From an uncultured Clostridia bacterium (GTDB taxonomy: Bacteria > Bacillota > Clostridia > Christensenellales > CAG-314), in assembly GCA_944336125.1 (NCBI GenBank), contig CALVLA010000001.1:96414-160413 (forward strand): 64,000 bases of DNA. Reading direction: 5' to 3'. Made by a program: the position numbers and the translations under genes. Below, piece after piece: positions 53,987 through 63,510 of this stretch (within the stretch, counting starts at the first letter, position 1; the number at the start of each line of letters is the position of its first letter). The notes below the pieces were generated by a model. That model was not told the origin of the DNA. It was given only the letters and a program-made list of their open reading frames with translations, and searched no databases.

Positions 53987-55747
53987 ATGAAACTTTTTGA
54001 TTTGACTTTCAGCGGCCCCGTACAAAACACTAAGGATTTGTTTTTCAGGGGAAACGCCCATTTAAACGAAAAAAATCAACTTGAAATAAAATGCGGAGAC
54101 GAAGTTTCCTTCGACACTTATTTCAATTTGTTTTCCCACTCAAAGTATTTTGAATACTGTGAGATAGAAAAAATTTCGCTTTTTCTCCGAGCAAGCGGCA
54201 GTTACTCGGTAAATTTTTACCACAAAAACGTCGACGGCTCCGAAAGCCTTATTTTGCAAACGCAATGCGAAAAGGATGCCGAAATAAATTTGGATTTGAC
54301 GGACACTCCGAAAAACGGATTTGTGTTTTTTAAATTAACGGCTCGAAGCGACGTCGTTTTGAAATTCGGCGGCTACTATGCGGAGCCGAAGTTTTTCCGC
54401 GACGACGTGAAAATAGGCGGCGTCATCTGCACTTTCAAAAGGGAGGAATTTGTCAGACGAAACCTTTCGGGCGTTGAAAAATTCATGGCGGAAAACCCCG
54501 AGTGGAAAGACAAAATTCACTTTTTCGTTTCGGACAACGCAAAGACGCTTGACCTCAAATCAAACGACATTTATACGATAATTCCAAACAAAAACTTGGG
54601 CGGCTCGGGCGGTTTCACGCGAGGCATGACGGAAGTGATGAAGGACAAAACTTTCACGCACTTTTTGCTTACCGACGACGACATTTCTTTCGACTGCCGC
54701 ACTTTGGTAAAAACCTACAACCTCATCTGCGCCCTTTCGCCCAAATACCGCGACGCGACGGTGGGCGGAAGCATGCTCGTTTTGGAAAAACCGTATATTC
54801 AGCATGAAATGGGCGGATTTTTCAACGGGCTTAAAATAAGCGCGGGAAACACCGGCGCGGATTTGAGCGACGTGAAAAACCTCATCAAAAACGAAACGCC
54901 GTTGAAAGCCGACTACAACGCATGGTGGTACTGCTGCATGCCTGTGGAATACGCGTTTAAAAACGGACTTCCGCTTCCCCTTTTCATCAAATGCGACGAC
55001 GTGGAATACGGCATAAGGTGCATAACAAACCTGATTTTGATGAACGGCATAGGCATTTGGCATCAGGATTTTTCGGCGAAATACAACCCTACGCTGGAAT
55101 ACTACATCACGCGAAACGAACTGTTGGTAAACGCGCTTCACTTCAAAGGACATTTTAAAGCAAGCCTCAAATTTTTGTTTTTCTTTTTAAGGCAGCTGAC
55201 GCTGAAAAGGTATTTTTGCGCAAAGCTCATTTTGCAGGCGCACGAGGATTTTTTCAAGGGCCCCGACTTTTTCAACGACACAGATATGGAAGAACTTAAC
55301 TTAAAAATCTTAAAGTGTCACCCGCAGTTTGAGGATTTGAAAATGCTTGCCGAAAAGTTTGGCTTCACCGAGGCAGACATTGCCGAGTACCAAAGCAAAA
55401 GAGCAATCCCCGAAAGCACGGTCAAAAAGTATTTTTCCTCTGCCGAAAACTTTATGCCTAAATGCTTTTTCAAAAAACAACTTGCTTTTACCGACGCAAA
55501 CCGCATACGGCCTACCGACGCGTTTTTACAAAAAACGGTGATAAACGTCGACTTTAACAACAGCCGAGGATACGTCACAAGTTTTGACAAAAAACTGCGG
55601 CGCAGCCTCAGGCGACAAGGCATAAAGATGTTTTTCAAACTTCTTTTCCGCTACGGCAAAACCAAAAAACAATATATAAAAAGACAGGCGGAAATTTGCT
55701 CCGCCACGCAATGGGACAAAAAATTTTTTGAAAAAAGTCAGGGTTAA
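53987..55747 (+). CDS. GlfT2-like galactofuranosyltransferase (GT2 with an N-terminal beta-sandwich domain)
   Basis: VICTFKREEF, NLGGSGGFTRG, LTDDDI, NAWWYCCMP and FIKCDDVEYGIRC match the motif order I recall for mycobacterial GlfT2. It is adjacent to glf. Confidence 0.7.
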   Translation: MKLFDLTFSGPVQNTKDLFFRGNAHLNEKNQLEIKCGDEVSFDTYFNLFSHSKYFEYCEIEKISLFLRASGSYSVNFYHKNVDGSESLILQTQCEKDAEINLDLTDTPKNGFVFFKLTARSDVVLKFGGYYAEPKFFRDDVKIGGVICTFKREEFVRRNLSGVEKFMAENPEWKDKIHFFVSDNAKTLDLKSNDIYTIIPNKNLGGSGGFTRGMTEVMKDKTFTHFLLTDDDISFDCRTLVKTYNLICALSPKYRDATVGGSMLVLEKPYIQHEMGGFFNGLKISAGNTGADLSDVKNLIKNETPLKADYNAWWYCCMPVEYAFKNGLPLPLFIKCDDVEYGIRCITNLILMNGIGIWHQDFSAKYNPTLEYYITRNELLVNALHFKGHFKASLKFLFFFLRQLTLKRYFCAKLILQAHEDFFKGPDFFNDTDMEELNLKILKCHPQFEDLKMLAEKFGFTEADIAEYQSKRAIPESTVKKYFSSAENFMPKCFFKKQLAFTDANRIRPTDAFLQKTVINVDFNNSRGYVTSFDKKLRRSLRRQGIKMFFKLLFRYGKTKKQYIKRQAEICSATQWDKKFFEKSQG

Positions 55748-55762
55748 ACCCTGACTTTTGTT

Positions 55763-56875
55763 TTAATCTTTAAGTTCTGTTTGAGCCAAATCCCAAGCCG
55801 CCAAAATGACCTTGTCCATATCGTAATACTTGTAAGCCCCAAGCCTGCCGCCGAAAATGACGTCTGGCATTGTTTTTGCCTTTTCGAGATATTTTTCGTA
55901 AAGAGCGTTGTTTTTGTCGTCGTTTACGGGGTAATACGGTTCAACCCCCTCTTTCCACTCTTCCGAGTATTCACGACTTATAACGGTTTTAGGTTGCTTG
56001 CCAAACTCAAAATGCTTGTGCTCGATAATGCGGGTGTAAGGCACGTCCGCCGAAGTGTAATTTACCACGGCGTTGCCCTGAAAGTTTTCCTCGTCGAGTA
56101 TTTCGGTTTCAAAGCGTACCGAACGATACTGCAAAGCGCCGAAGCAATAGTCGAAAAACCTGTCAATTTGTCCAGTAAACAAAGTTTTTTCGGCGACATT
56201 TTTGTTTTCGGACTTTTTGACAAAGTCAAAGTAATCGGTGTCAAGCAAAACGTCGGTGCCCTCGAGCATTTTTTCGACGATTTGAGTGTAGCCGCCCACA
56301 GGGATACCCTGATATCTGTCGTTGAAGTAGTTGTTGTCGTAAACAAACCTCAAAGGCAGCCTTTTGATGATGAAAGCAGGCAGTTCGCTGCACTTTCTTC
56401 CCCACTGTTTTTGGGTGTAACCTTTGACTAGTTTTTCATAAACGTCTTTGCCCACAAGACTGATTGCCTGTTCCTCGAGGTTTTTCGGATTTTCGACGCC
56501 GTACTCCTTGCGTTGCTTTTCGATAATGCCTTTTGCTTCCGCAGGAGTTTTGATGCCCCACATTTTGCTGAAAGTGTTCATATTGAAAGGCATGTTGTAA
56601 AGCTCGTCGTTAAAAACGGCAATAGGCGAATTTACGTAATTGTTGAAATCGGCAAATTCGTTTACGTAATCCCACACTTTTTTGTCGGAAGTGTGAAAAA
56701 TGTGCGCGCCGTATTTATGGACGTTGATGTCCTCGATTTTTTCGGTGTACACATTGCCTGCTATATGCGGGCGTTTTTCGATTACAAGACACTTTTTGCC
56801 TTTTTTGACTGCCTCGTGAGCGAAAACCGCGCCGAACAGTCCCGCCCCGACAATAAGATAATCATATTTTTTCAT
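55763..56875 (-). CDS. glf: UDP-galactopyranose mutase
   Basis: YDYLIVGAGLFGAVFA FAD motif, HKYGAHIFHT and GRLGAYKYYDMD. Confidence 0.93.
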   Translation of the reverse strand: MKKYDYLIVGAGLFGAVFAHEAVKKGKKCLVIEKRPHIAGNVYTEKIEDINVHKYGAHIFHTSDKKVWDYVNEFADFNNYVNSPIAVFNDELYNMPFNMNTFSKMWGIKTPAEAKGIIEKQRKEYGVENPKNLEEQAISLVGKDVYEKLVKGYTQKQWGRKCSELPAFIIKRLPLRFVYDNNYFNDRYQGIPVGGYTQIVEKMLEGTDVLLDTDYFDFVKKSENKNVAEKTLFTGQIDRFFDYCFGALQYRSVRFETEILDEENFQGNAVVNYTSADVPYTRIIEHKHFEFGKQPKTVISREYSEEWKEGVEPYYPVNDDKNNALYEKYLEKAKTMPDVIFGGRLGAYKYYDMDKVILAAWDLAQTELKD

Positions 56876-56942
56876 AAGCGGATTATATCAAATAATTTGT
56901 TTCAGGTCAAACCCGAGACATTGTGAAAAACAAGGTTTACGT

Positions 56943-56970
56943 TTTACAAAAAATTTACAAAATCATTACA
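56943..56970 (+). promoter_or_regulatory. Pho boxes (PhoP binding repeats) upstream of pstS
   Basis: TTTACA (56943), TTTACA (56954) and ATTACA (56965) are spaced exactly 11 bp apart, matching the B. subtilis TT(A/T/C)ACA repeat rule. A TATAAT -10 lies at 57003-57008. Confidence 0.65.
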
Positions 56971-57040
56971 AAAAAGTGATATCGCGATTTTTTGTAAAAA
57001 ATTATAATAACGGCGAACTTTCAAGGAGGAATAAATAAAA

Positions 57041-57928
57041 ATGAAAAAAGCAAAAAAACTCATCGTTGCTCTTCTCGTATGCGTAATGGCATTTGCGACA
57101 TTTGCATTTGCGGGATGCGGCGAAAAAGAAATTTCGGTAATTACGCGTAACGAAGGCAGCGGTACAAGAGACGCCTTTGAATCAATCGTAAAAAGCGACG
57201 CGGGCGTAAAACTCGGCGACGCCGAACTTAAAGACGGTGTTTTGCAATATGACAGCACTTCCACGGTAATCACTCAGGTTTCAAGCGTCGAAACGGCAAT
57301 CGGCTACGTATCATTGGGCTCGGTTGACGACACAATCAAAGTTTTGAAAGTAAACGGCGTAGAAGCAACTGCGGCAAACGTACTCAACGGCACATACAAA
57401 CTCCAGCGTCCTTTCGTAATCATGACAAACAAAACCGTCGAACTTCAGGACGCAACAGCCGACTTCATCAGATTTTTGAAAAGCACTCAGGCACAGGAAA
57501 TCGTTGCAGGCGACTACGTAAAACAGGAAGAAGGAGCTGTCCAATATACATCCCCTTCGACCGCGCTCAGCGGAACAGTAGTAATCAGAGGTTCCACGTC
57601 GGTTGACCCTCTCATGGACGTCCTTATCGGCAAGTATAAAGAAATTAACGGCAACAAGGTCGCGAACGTAGAGTTCCAAAAAGACTGTCAGGGTTCGTCC
57701 GCAGGTATCAGCGCAGTTAAAGGCGACACTGCAGGCAACGTAATAGGTCTTAGCTCATCTGCAATCAAAGACGCGGACGCTCCATCGATGAACTACTTCC
57801 ACATCGCGCTTGACGCAATCGCAGTCATCGTAAACAAAAACAACGAACTCAGCGATATCACAATTTCACAGTTGTTTGATATCTACACCGGTGCAATCAC
57901 CAAATTCAGCGAATTGTCCTCTAAATAA
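57041..57928 (+). CDS. pstS: Phosphate ABC transporter substrate-binding lipoprotein
   Basis: Lipobox FAFAGCG. SGTRDAF and GSTSV motifs of the PstS/PBP family. Confidence 0.88.
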   Translation: MKKAKKLIVALLVCVMAFATFAFAGCGEKEISVITRNEGSGTRDAFESIVKSDAGVKLGDAELKDGVLQYDSTSTVITQVSSVETAIGYVSLGSVDDTIKVLKVNGVEATAANVLNGTYKLQRPFVIMTNKTVELQDATADFIRFLKSTQAQEIVAGDYVKQEEGAVQYTSPSTALSGTVVIRGSTSVDPLMDVLIGKYKEINGNKVANVEFQKDCQGSSAGISAVKGDTAGNVIGLSSSAIKDADAPSMNYFHIALDAIAVIVNKNNELSDITISQLFDIYTGAITKFSELSSK

Positions 57929-57933
57929 AAATT

Positions 57934-59736
57934 ATGAACAGCTCTAAAATTAAAGAGCAGGGCGGCAAAGCAATATTTGCAGGTACGGCGGGGATATGTA
58001 TCCTCGCCGTAATTGCGATATTCGTATTTATCATTCTGCAAAGCATACCTGCCCTGTCAAAAATCGGATTTACGGACTTTTTGTTCGGCACGAAATGGAA
58101 CCCTGACGCAAACGACATTTACGCAAACGACTTAGTGGGGAAATACGGCATACTCAACATGATAGTAGGCACGGTATTTTCCACTATAGGCGCTCTCGCC
58201 GTAGGCGGAACGCTGGGGTATTTCACAGCCGTTTACCTTGCTTTTTTCTGTAAAGGAAAACTTAAAAAAATCATAAACACGATGGTAAACCTGCTTGCGG
58301 GCATTCCGTCGGTAATATACGGCTTTTTTGCCATCAAAGCGGTAATGAAGCTTTTCAACTGGATGTCCCCTACGGGAAACGCCACGGGACTTTTCATGAC
58401 GTCGTTAATACTCGGCATAATGATTTTGCCTACGGTGACGTCGCTTACCAAAACATCTCTCGAAGCGGTGCCAAAAAGCTATTACGAAGGCGCTTTGGCT
58501 CTCGGGGCAACGCACGAGCACGCGGTATTTAAAACAATGGTACCCGCAGCCAAATCGGGCATAAAAGCGGCGTTGATTTTGGGTATAGGCAGAGCGCTTG
58601 GCGAAACAATGGCGGTAGTCATGGTTGCGGGCAACAGCCCTCAGATTCCCGACGGACTTTTCGAAAGCTTCCGCACGCTGACCGCCAACATCGTTTTGGA
58701 AATGAGCTACGCCGGCGAAGTGCAGATGGGCGCCTTGTTCTCGACAGGCGCGGTGCTTCTCGTTTTCGTAGCCGTGATAAACATTTTGATGGGTTTTGTC
58801 AAAACAGGCGGACAAAAAACCAAATCCAAAAAGAGTTTGCCTCTTTGGGACAAAATCACTTCAAAAATCAATTTCGGCAAAATCGGAAAAATCGCATGCT
58901 TCGTTTCAGCCGTTTTCGCGGGCATATTCCTCGTGTCGCTTGTAGTGTACATTTTGATAATGGGATTGCCTCACATCACGGGGCAGCTGCTTTTCGGCGA
59001 ATTTGAGTACGGCGGCGAAATAAGTATTCTTCCGTCAATCGTAGCCACCCTTATGACGATACTTTTGAGCATAGTGATAGCGATACCTTTGGGAATTGCC
59101 ACCGCAATTTTTCTCAACGAGTATACCAAAAAAGGCAGCAGATTCATTTCAATCATACGAAGCGCCGTTGACATTTTGAGCGGCGTACCTTCGATAGTTT
59201 ACGGCTTGTTCGGCGCAATCACATTCGTAGTGCTTCTCGGCGGCAGCTACTCGATACTCGCGGGCAGCCTGACGATAAGCATAATGCTTTTACCTACCGT
59301 AATACGTTCTACCGAAGAAAGCCTCAAATCGGTACCCGACTCCTTCCGCGAAGGCTCCCTTGCCCTCGGTGCGGGAAAGCTCAGGACAATTTTTAAGGTT
59401 GTGCTTCCGAGCGCCATGCCGGGTATCATCGCCGCGGTAATCCTATCGATAGGCAGGGTGGTAAGCGAATCTGCCCCGTTCATGTTCACCATGGGCGCAA
59501 GCATAAAGCCTATGCCTGACGGATACATGTCCAGCGGAACGACGCTTGCCGTAGCCCTTTACAAACTTTCAAGCGAAAACCTCCACACAAATGAGGCATA
59601 CGCGACGGCATGCATCCTTATCGTAATCGTTTTGGCGCTCAACCTTCTTGCGGAGTGGGTAGGCAAAAAACTGGAAAAGAAACTTAACGGAGAAACAAAT
59701 GGAATACGGACAAAACATAAGCGTAAAGCAAGCTGA
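57934..59736 (+). CDS. Fused phosphate ABC transporter permease PstC-PstA
   Basis: 600 aa with two permease halves, each carrying its own EAA-type loop ([25 protein letters not shown] and [25 protein letters not shown]). Confidence 0.85.
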   Translation: MNSSKIKEQGGKAIFAGTAGICILAVIAIFVFIILQSIPALSKIGFTDFLFGTKWNPDANDIYANDLVGKYGILNMIVGTVFSTIGALAVGGTLGYFTAVYLAFFCKGKLKKIINTMVNLLAGIPSVIYGFFAIKAVMKLFNWMSPTGNATGLFMTSLILGIMILPTVTSLTKTSLEAVPKSYYEGALALGATHEHAVFKTMVPAAKSGIKAALILGIGRALGETMAVVMVAGNSPQIPDGLFESFRTLTANIVLEMSYAGEVQMGALFSTGAVLLVFVAVINILMGFVKTGGQKTKSKKSLPLWDKITSKINFGKIGKIACFVSAVFAGIFLVSLVVYILIMGLPHITGQLLFGEFEYGGEISILPSIVATLMTILLSIVIAIPLGIATAIFLNEYTKKGSRFISIIRSAVDILSGVPSIVYGLFGAITFVVLLGGSYSILAGSLTISIMLLPTVIRSTEESLKSVPDSFREGSLALGAGKLRTIFKVVLPSAMPGIIAAVILSIGRVVSESAPFMFTMGASIKPMPDGYMSSGTTLAVALYKLSSENLHTNEAYATACILIVIVLALNLLAEWVGKKLEKKLNGETNGIRTKHKRKAS

Positions 59737-60457
59737 CTTATACTACGGCGACTTTCACGCGCTCAAAAACATCAACATCGAAATTCCCGCGAAAAAAATC
59801 ACGGCTTTCATAGGACCGTCGGGGTGCGGCAAATCCACTTTGCTCAAATGTTTCAACAGAATGAACGATTTGGTGGAAGGCTGCAAAATCACGGGAGAAT
59901 TTAAAATAGGCGAAGTAGATATTTACAAAACAAACGACGTAAACGCGTTGAGAAAAAACGTGGGCATGGTATTTCAAAAGCCCAATCCCTTCCCGATGAG
60001 CGTGTACGACAACATTGCCTACGGACCAAGGACATTCGGCATCAAAAAGCGCGCGCAGCTTGACGAAATCGTGGAAAGAAGCCTCAAACAGGCGGCAATG
60101 TGGGACGAGCTTAAAGACAGGCTCAACAAATCGGCACTGGGTCTTTCCGGCGGACAGCAGCAAAGGCTTTGCATAGCCCGCGCCCTTTCGATAAGCCCCA
60201 AAATAATCCTTATGGACGAACCGACAAGCGCCCTCGACCCTATTTCCACGGGAAAAATCGAGGAACTGTGCGGCGAACTTAAAGAACAGGCAACGATAGT
60301 CATCGTTACCCACAACATGCAGCAAGCAACGCGTATATCTGACAAAACGGGATTTTTTCTTTTGGGCGACCTTGTGGAATTCGGCGATACCGACCAGATA
60401 TTCACAAACCCTAAAAACGAAAAAACCGAAAACTACATTACCGGCCGATTTGGTTGA
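59699..60457 (+). CDS. pstB: Phosphate ABC transporter ATP-binding protein
   Basis: [32 protein letters not shown] and [11 protein letters not shown]. The start overlaps the pstCA 3' end by 38 nt. Confidence 0.93.
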   Translation: MEYGQNISVKQADLYYGDFHALKNINIEIPAKKITAFIGPSGCGKSTLLKCFNRMNDLVEGCKITGEFKIGEVDIYKTNDVNALRKNVGMVFQKPNPFPMSVYDNIAYGPRTFGIKKRAQLDEIVERSLKQAAMWDELKDRLNKSALGLSGGQQQRLCIARALSISPKIILMDEPTSALDPISTGKIEELCGELKEQATIVIVTHNMQQATRISDKTGFFLLGDLVEFGDTDQIFTNPKNEKTENYITGRFG

Positions 60458-60492
60458 TAAACGGCTTTTTGTAAATTATAATGGAGGAAAAT

Positions 60493-61146
60493 ATGACGGT
60501 AAGAAAAATTTTCGACGAAGAGCTTTCCGAACTGAAACTTCAGTTGGTTAAGATGTGTCGTGTTACCGAAGAAATGATGGCAGACAGCATAACCGCGTTG
60601 ACGCAGCGCGATTACGAACTGGCGCAAAGCGTGGTCTACCTTGACAAAAAGGTAGACGAATACGAAATGAACATCGAAAAGCAATGTCTGCGTCTTTTAA
60701 TCAAACAGCAGCCGGTAGCCCGTGATTTCCGCACCGTATCGTCGGCACTCAAAATCATCACCGACGTTGAGCGTATCGGAGACCAGGCCGCCGACATAAG
60801 CGCGCTGACATCGTCCTTCAAGGAAGAAAAAAGTTTCGACTGTCCCGACCTTATTCCGAAAATGGGCGAACTCGCAATAAAAATGGTAAAGGAAGCGATA
60901 AACTCCTTTGTAAACGAAAATCCTTTTGCCGCCGACGACGTAATAAAAGCCGACGACGAAATGGACGATATGTTTGACGAGTTCAAAAAGCAGACGGTTG
61001 AAAAAATCAAGCAAAACAGCCAATGCGCAGATACTGCGATACTTTTCATGATGATAGCCAAGTATCTTGAACGCATAGGCGACCACGCTGTAAACATCTG
61101 CGAATGGACGAAATACAACGAAAGCGGCGTACACGTAAAGGTATGA
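60493..61146 (+). CDS. phoU: Phosphate signalling regulator PhoU
   Basis: Two PhoU repeats (RIGDQAADI and RIGDHAVNI). ATG 60493 is preceded by GGAGGA; the track starts 4 codons earlier. Confidence 0.9.
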   Translation: MTVRKIFDEELSELKLQLVKMCRVTEEMMADSITALTQRDYELAQSVVYLDKKVDEYEMNIEKQCLRLLIKQQPVARDFRTVSSALKIITDVERIGDQAADISALTSSFKEEKSFDCPDLIPKMGELAIKMVKEAINSFVNENPFAADDVIKADDEMDDMFDEFKKQTVEKIKQNSQCADTAILFMMIAKYLERIGDHAVNICEWTKYNESGVHVKV

Positions 61147-61147
61147 T

Positions 61148-61807
61148 ATGAAAAGGAAAATTTGCATAGTCGAAGACGACGAAGGAATAGTCGAAGTTTA
61201 TACGGGAGCGCTGGAAGACCAGTACGACCTTGAGTTTTTCGATAACGGGAAAGATTTTCTCAAAAGGATGTCCTCGCACGTCCCCGACCTCATTTTGCTT
61301 GACATAATGCTTCCCGATATGGACGGATTTGAAATTCTGTCCGCTTTAAGGAGCATAAACGAAAAAGTACCCGTCATCATAGTGAGCGCGAAAGGCGACG
61401 AGATAAGCTCCGTCAAAGGACTCAACAAAGGCGCCGACGACTATATTGCAAAACCGTTTTCCGTGTTGCAGCTCATCGCCAGGATAAAAGCGGCGTTGAG
61501 GCGTTCGGAAATGCATATTTCGAGGCTCAACGGTTTTGAAGTTGACAACAACCTTTACCGCATCACTTACAACTCGACTGAGCTGCCGCTTACTTTGAAA
61601 GAATTTTATTTGTTGAAATATTTTATCTCGTATCCCGGCAAAACCATTGACCGCGACACTTTGTTCAAGGAAGTGTGGGGAGAAGATTTTGTGGGAGAAA
61701 CCCGCACTTTGGACATGCACATATCCTCATTGCGGGAAAAACTTAAAAACGCCGGAATCGACTGCATAAAGACGGTGCGCGGCGTAGGATACAGACTTGA
61801 ATTATGA
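61148..61807 (+). CDS. phoP: OmpR-family response regulator (PhoP/PhoB-like)
   Basis: Receiver domain (DLILLDIMLPDMDG) plus a winged-helix domain (TVRGVGYRL). Confidence 0.85.
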   Translation: MKRKICIVEDDEGIVEVYTGALEDQYDLEFFDNGKDFLKRMSSHVPDLILLDIMLPDMDGFEILSALRSINEKVPVIIVSAKGDEISSVKGLNKGADDYIAKPFSVLQLIARIKAALRRSEMHISRLNGFEVDNNLYRITYNSTELPLTLKEFYLLKYFISYPGKTIDRDTLFKEVWGEDFVGETRTLDMHISSLREKLKNAGIDCIKTVRGVGYRLEL

Positions 61808-63477
61808 AAAAGAACTTTCTTTTTATCTTTTTAACGGTGCTGCTTTCGCTTTTGATAACCGCGGTTGCCGCCATGGTAACCCTTTACGGCGCGCAAAGCC
61901 AAAGCACTGCCGAAAGTCTTAAATCGGACACCGCCATATACGCCGACCTTGTTAAAAACGAAGGATACGAGGTACTCGACTCAATCAAAAGTTTCGGCAC
62001 AACACGCGTAACGGTAATAGACAACGACGGCGACGTTTTGTTTGAAAGCGACAAGTACAGCGATATGAAAAATCACCTTTACCGCGAGGAAGTTCAGGCT
62101 GCGCTTAACGGAAAACCAAGCGTAACATCAAGATATTCCGAAACGGCAAAAAGACAAATGTTTTACTACGCGCTGGCGGTTAACGTGGGCGGAGAAACTT
62201 TCGTTGTTCGCACTGCCGCGCCTGTCAGCGAAACGACCCAATACCTGATGTCGTCGGAAATTGCCTTAGGCATAGCACTTGTAATTTCGCTTGTCGCGGC
62301 ATACCTGCTTTGCCGTGTGATGGTAAACAGAATAAACTCCAAACTCGGTGAAATTCAGGCAAGCATAAACAGTATATCCGAAGGAAATTACGTTCCTTTG
62401 CGCGCCGACATGAAAGACGGCTACCTCTACCCTATGATGACGGGAATTACCGAAGTCTTTGAAAAAACAAAAAGGCAGATGGACGAAATAAAAAGCGAAA
62501 AAAACAAATCGCAGCTTTTGCTTGACAACATAACCGACGGAATAGTAGCCGTAGACGGGGCAGACCGCATAGCTTTCATCAACAAAAGCGGAATGGAACT
62601 TTTCGGATGCGACGAGCAGGTAGCGGGCAAACCTCTCATTTACCTGTTTGACAAAAACTCTTTAGAGTGTCACGAAAAAACCGACGGCAAAAGCGAGTAC
62701 CAGTACGAAACAGAGGACAGGTACTACAAGGTAACCGAAGTCAATTCGGACAGCGACATAAAATCGGTTTACATCTTCACCGACGTAACCAAGGAAAAAC
62801 TTTTGATTAAACAAAAAAGCGAGTTTTTCGCAAACGCGTCGCACGAACTTAAAACTCCTCTCACGTCTATACACGGCATGGCGGAACTTTTGTTAAACAA
62901 GGACGCCGACGAACAAACTCACAAATACGCCGCGAGAATTTTCAAGGAAAGCGACAGGCTCAACCTTCTCATCATGGATATGTTGAAGCTTAGCAGGCTT
63001 GAAAACAAAAACGGCGAGTTTACCGACGAATGGTGCGACGTCAGGGGCGTTGCGGAGGAAGTCGCAGACGAACTTAAAGAAAAAGCGGAAGAAAAACAGC
63101 TTGACGTAAAAATCAACGGACAGGCGATGCTGTTTATCGACAAAAAGAAGCTTTACGAAGTGATTTCCAACATATGCTCCAACGCGGTACACTACAACAA
63201 AAACGGCGGAAGCATAAAAATCGACATTATCGACAGACCGTCAAGCGTAACTCTTTCGGTTGCCGACACCGGTATCGGTATCGAGCAAAAGCACATCCCT
63301 CGCCTTTGCGAAAGGTTTTACCGAGTGGACAAAAGCCACTCCAAAAGTACGGGTGGCACGGGACTTGGTCTTGCAATCGTAAAACACATCTGCTCCCTTT
63401 ACGACGCAAAACTCGACATCCAAAGCAAACCCGACAAGGGAACAACGGTAACGGTTGTTTTCAAAAAACAAAAATAA
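61804..63477 (+). CDS. phoR: Sensor histidine kinase (PhoR-like)
   Basis: Two TM segments, a PAS-like segment, the H-box FFANASHELKTPLTSI, N-box SNAVHYNKNGG and G-box GGTGLGLAIV. Confidence 0.85.
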   Translation: MKKNFLFIFLTVLLSLLITAVAAMVTLYGAQSQSTAESLKSDTAIYADLVKNEGYEVLDSIKSFGTTRVTVIDNDGDVLFESDKYSDMKNHLYREEVQAALNGKPSVTSRYSETAKRQMFYYALAVNVGGETFVVRTAAPVSETTQYLMSSEIALGIALVISLVAAYLLCRVMVNRINSKLGEIQASINSISEGNYVPLRADMKDGYLYPMMTGITEVFEKTKRQMDEIKSEKNKSQLLLDNITDGIVAVDGADRIAFINKSGMELFGCDEQVAGKPLIYLFDKNSLECHEKTDGKSEYQYETEDRYYKVTEVNSDSDIKSVYIFTDVTKEKLLIKQKSEFFANASHELKTPLTSIHGMAELLLNKDADEQTHKYAARIFKESDRLNLLIMDMLKLSRLENKNGEFTDEWCDVRGVAEEVADELKEKAEEKQLDVKINGQAMLFIDKKKLYEVISNICSNAVHYNKNGGSIKIDIIDRPSSVTLSVADTGIGIEQKHIPRLCERFYRVDKSHSKSTGGTGLGLAIVKHICSLYDAKLDIQSKPDKGTTVTVVFKKQK

Positions 63478-63509
63478 AAAAACGGCTTCTGTTTGAAGCC
63501 GTTTTTTTT
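63474..63509. terminator. Bidirectional terminator between phoR and cat
   Basis: Stem aacggcttc/gaagccgtt (63481-63489 / 63495-63503), flanked by an A-run and a T-run. Confidence 0.8.
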
Positions 63510-63510
63510 G

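Noticed and set aside
59699-59736. The 38-nt overlap between pstCA and pstB as evidence of a frameshift or mis-assembly.
   Set aside because: Both reading frames give complete, canonical protein termini. The PstB N-terminus matches the family and GGAG lies upstream of its ATG. Overlapping genes are common in tightly coupled operons.
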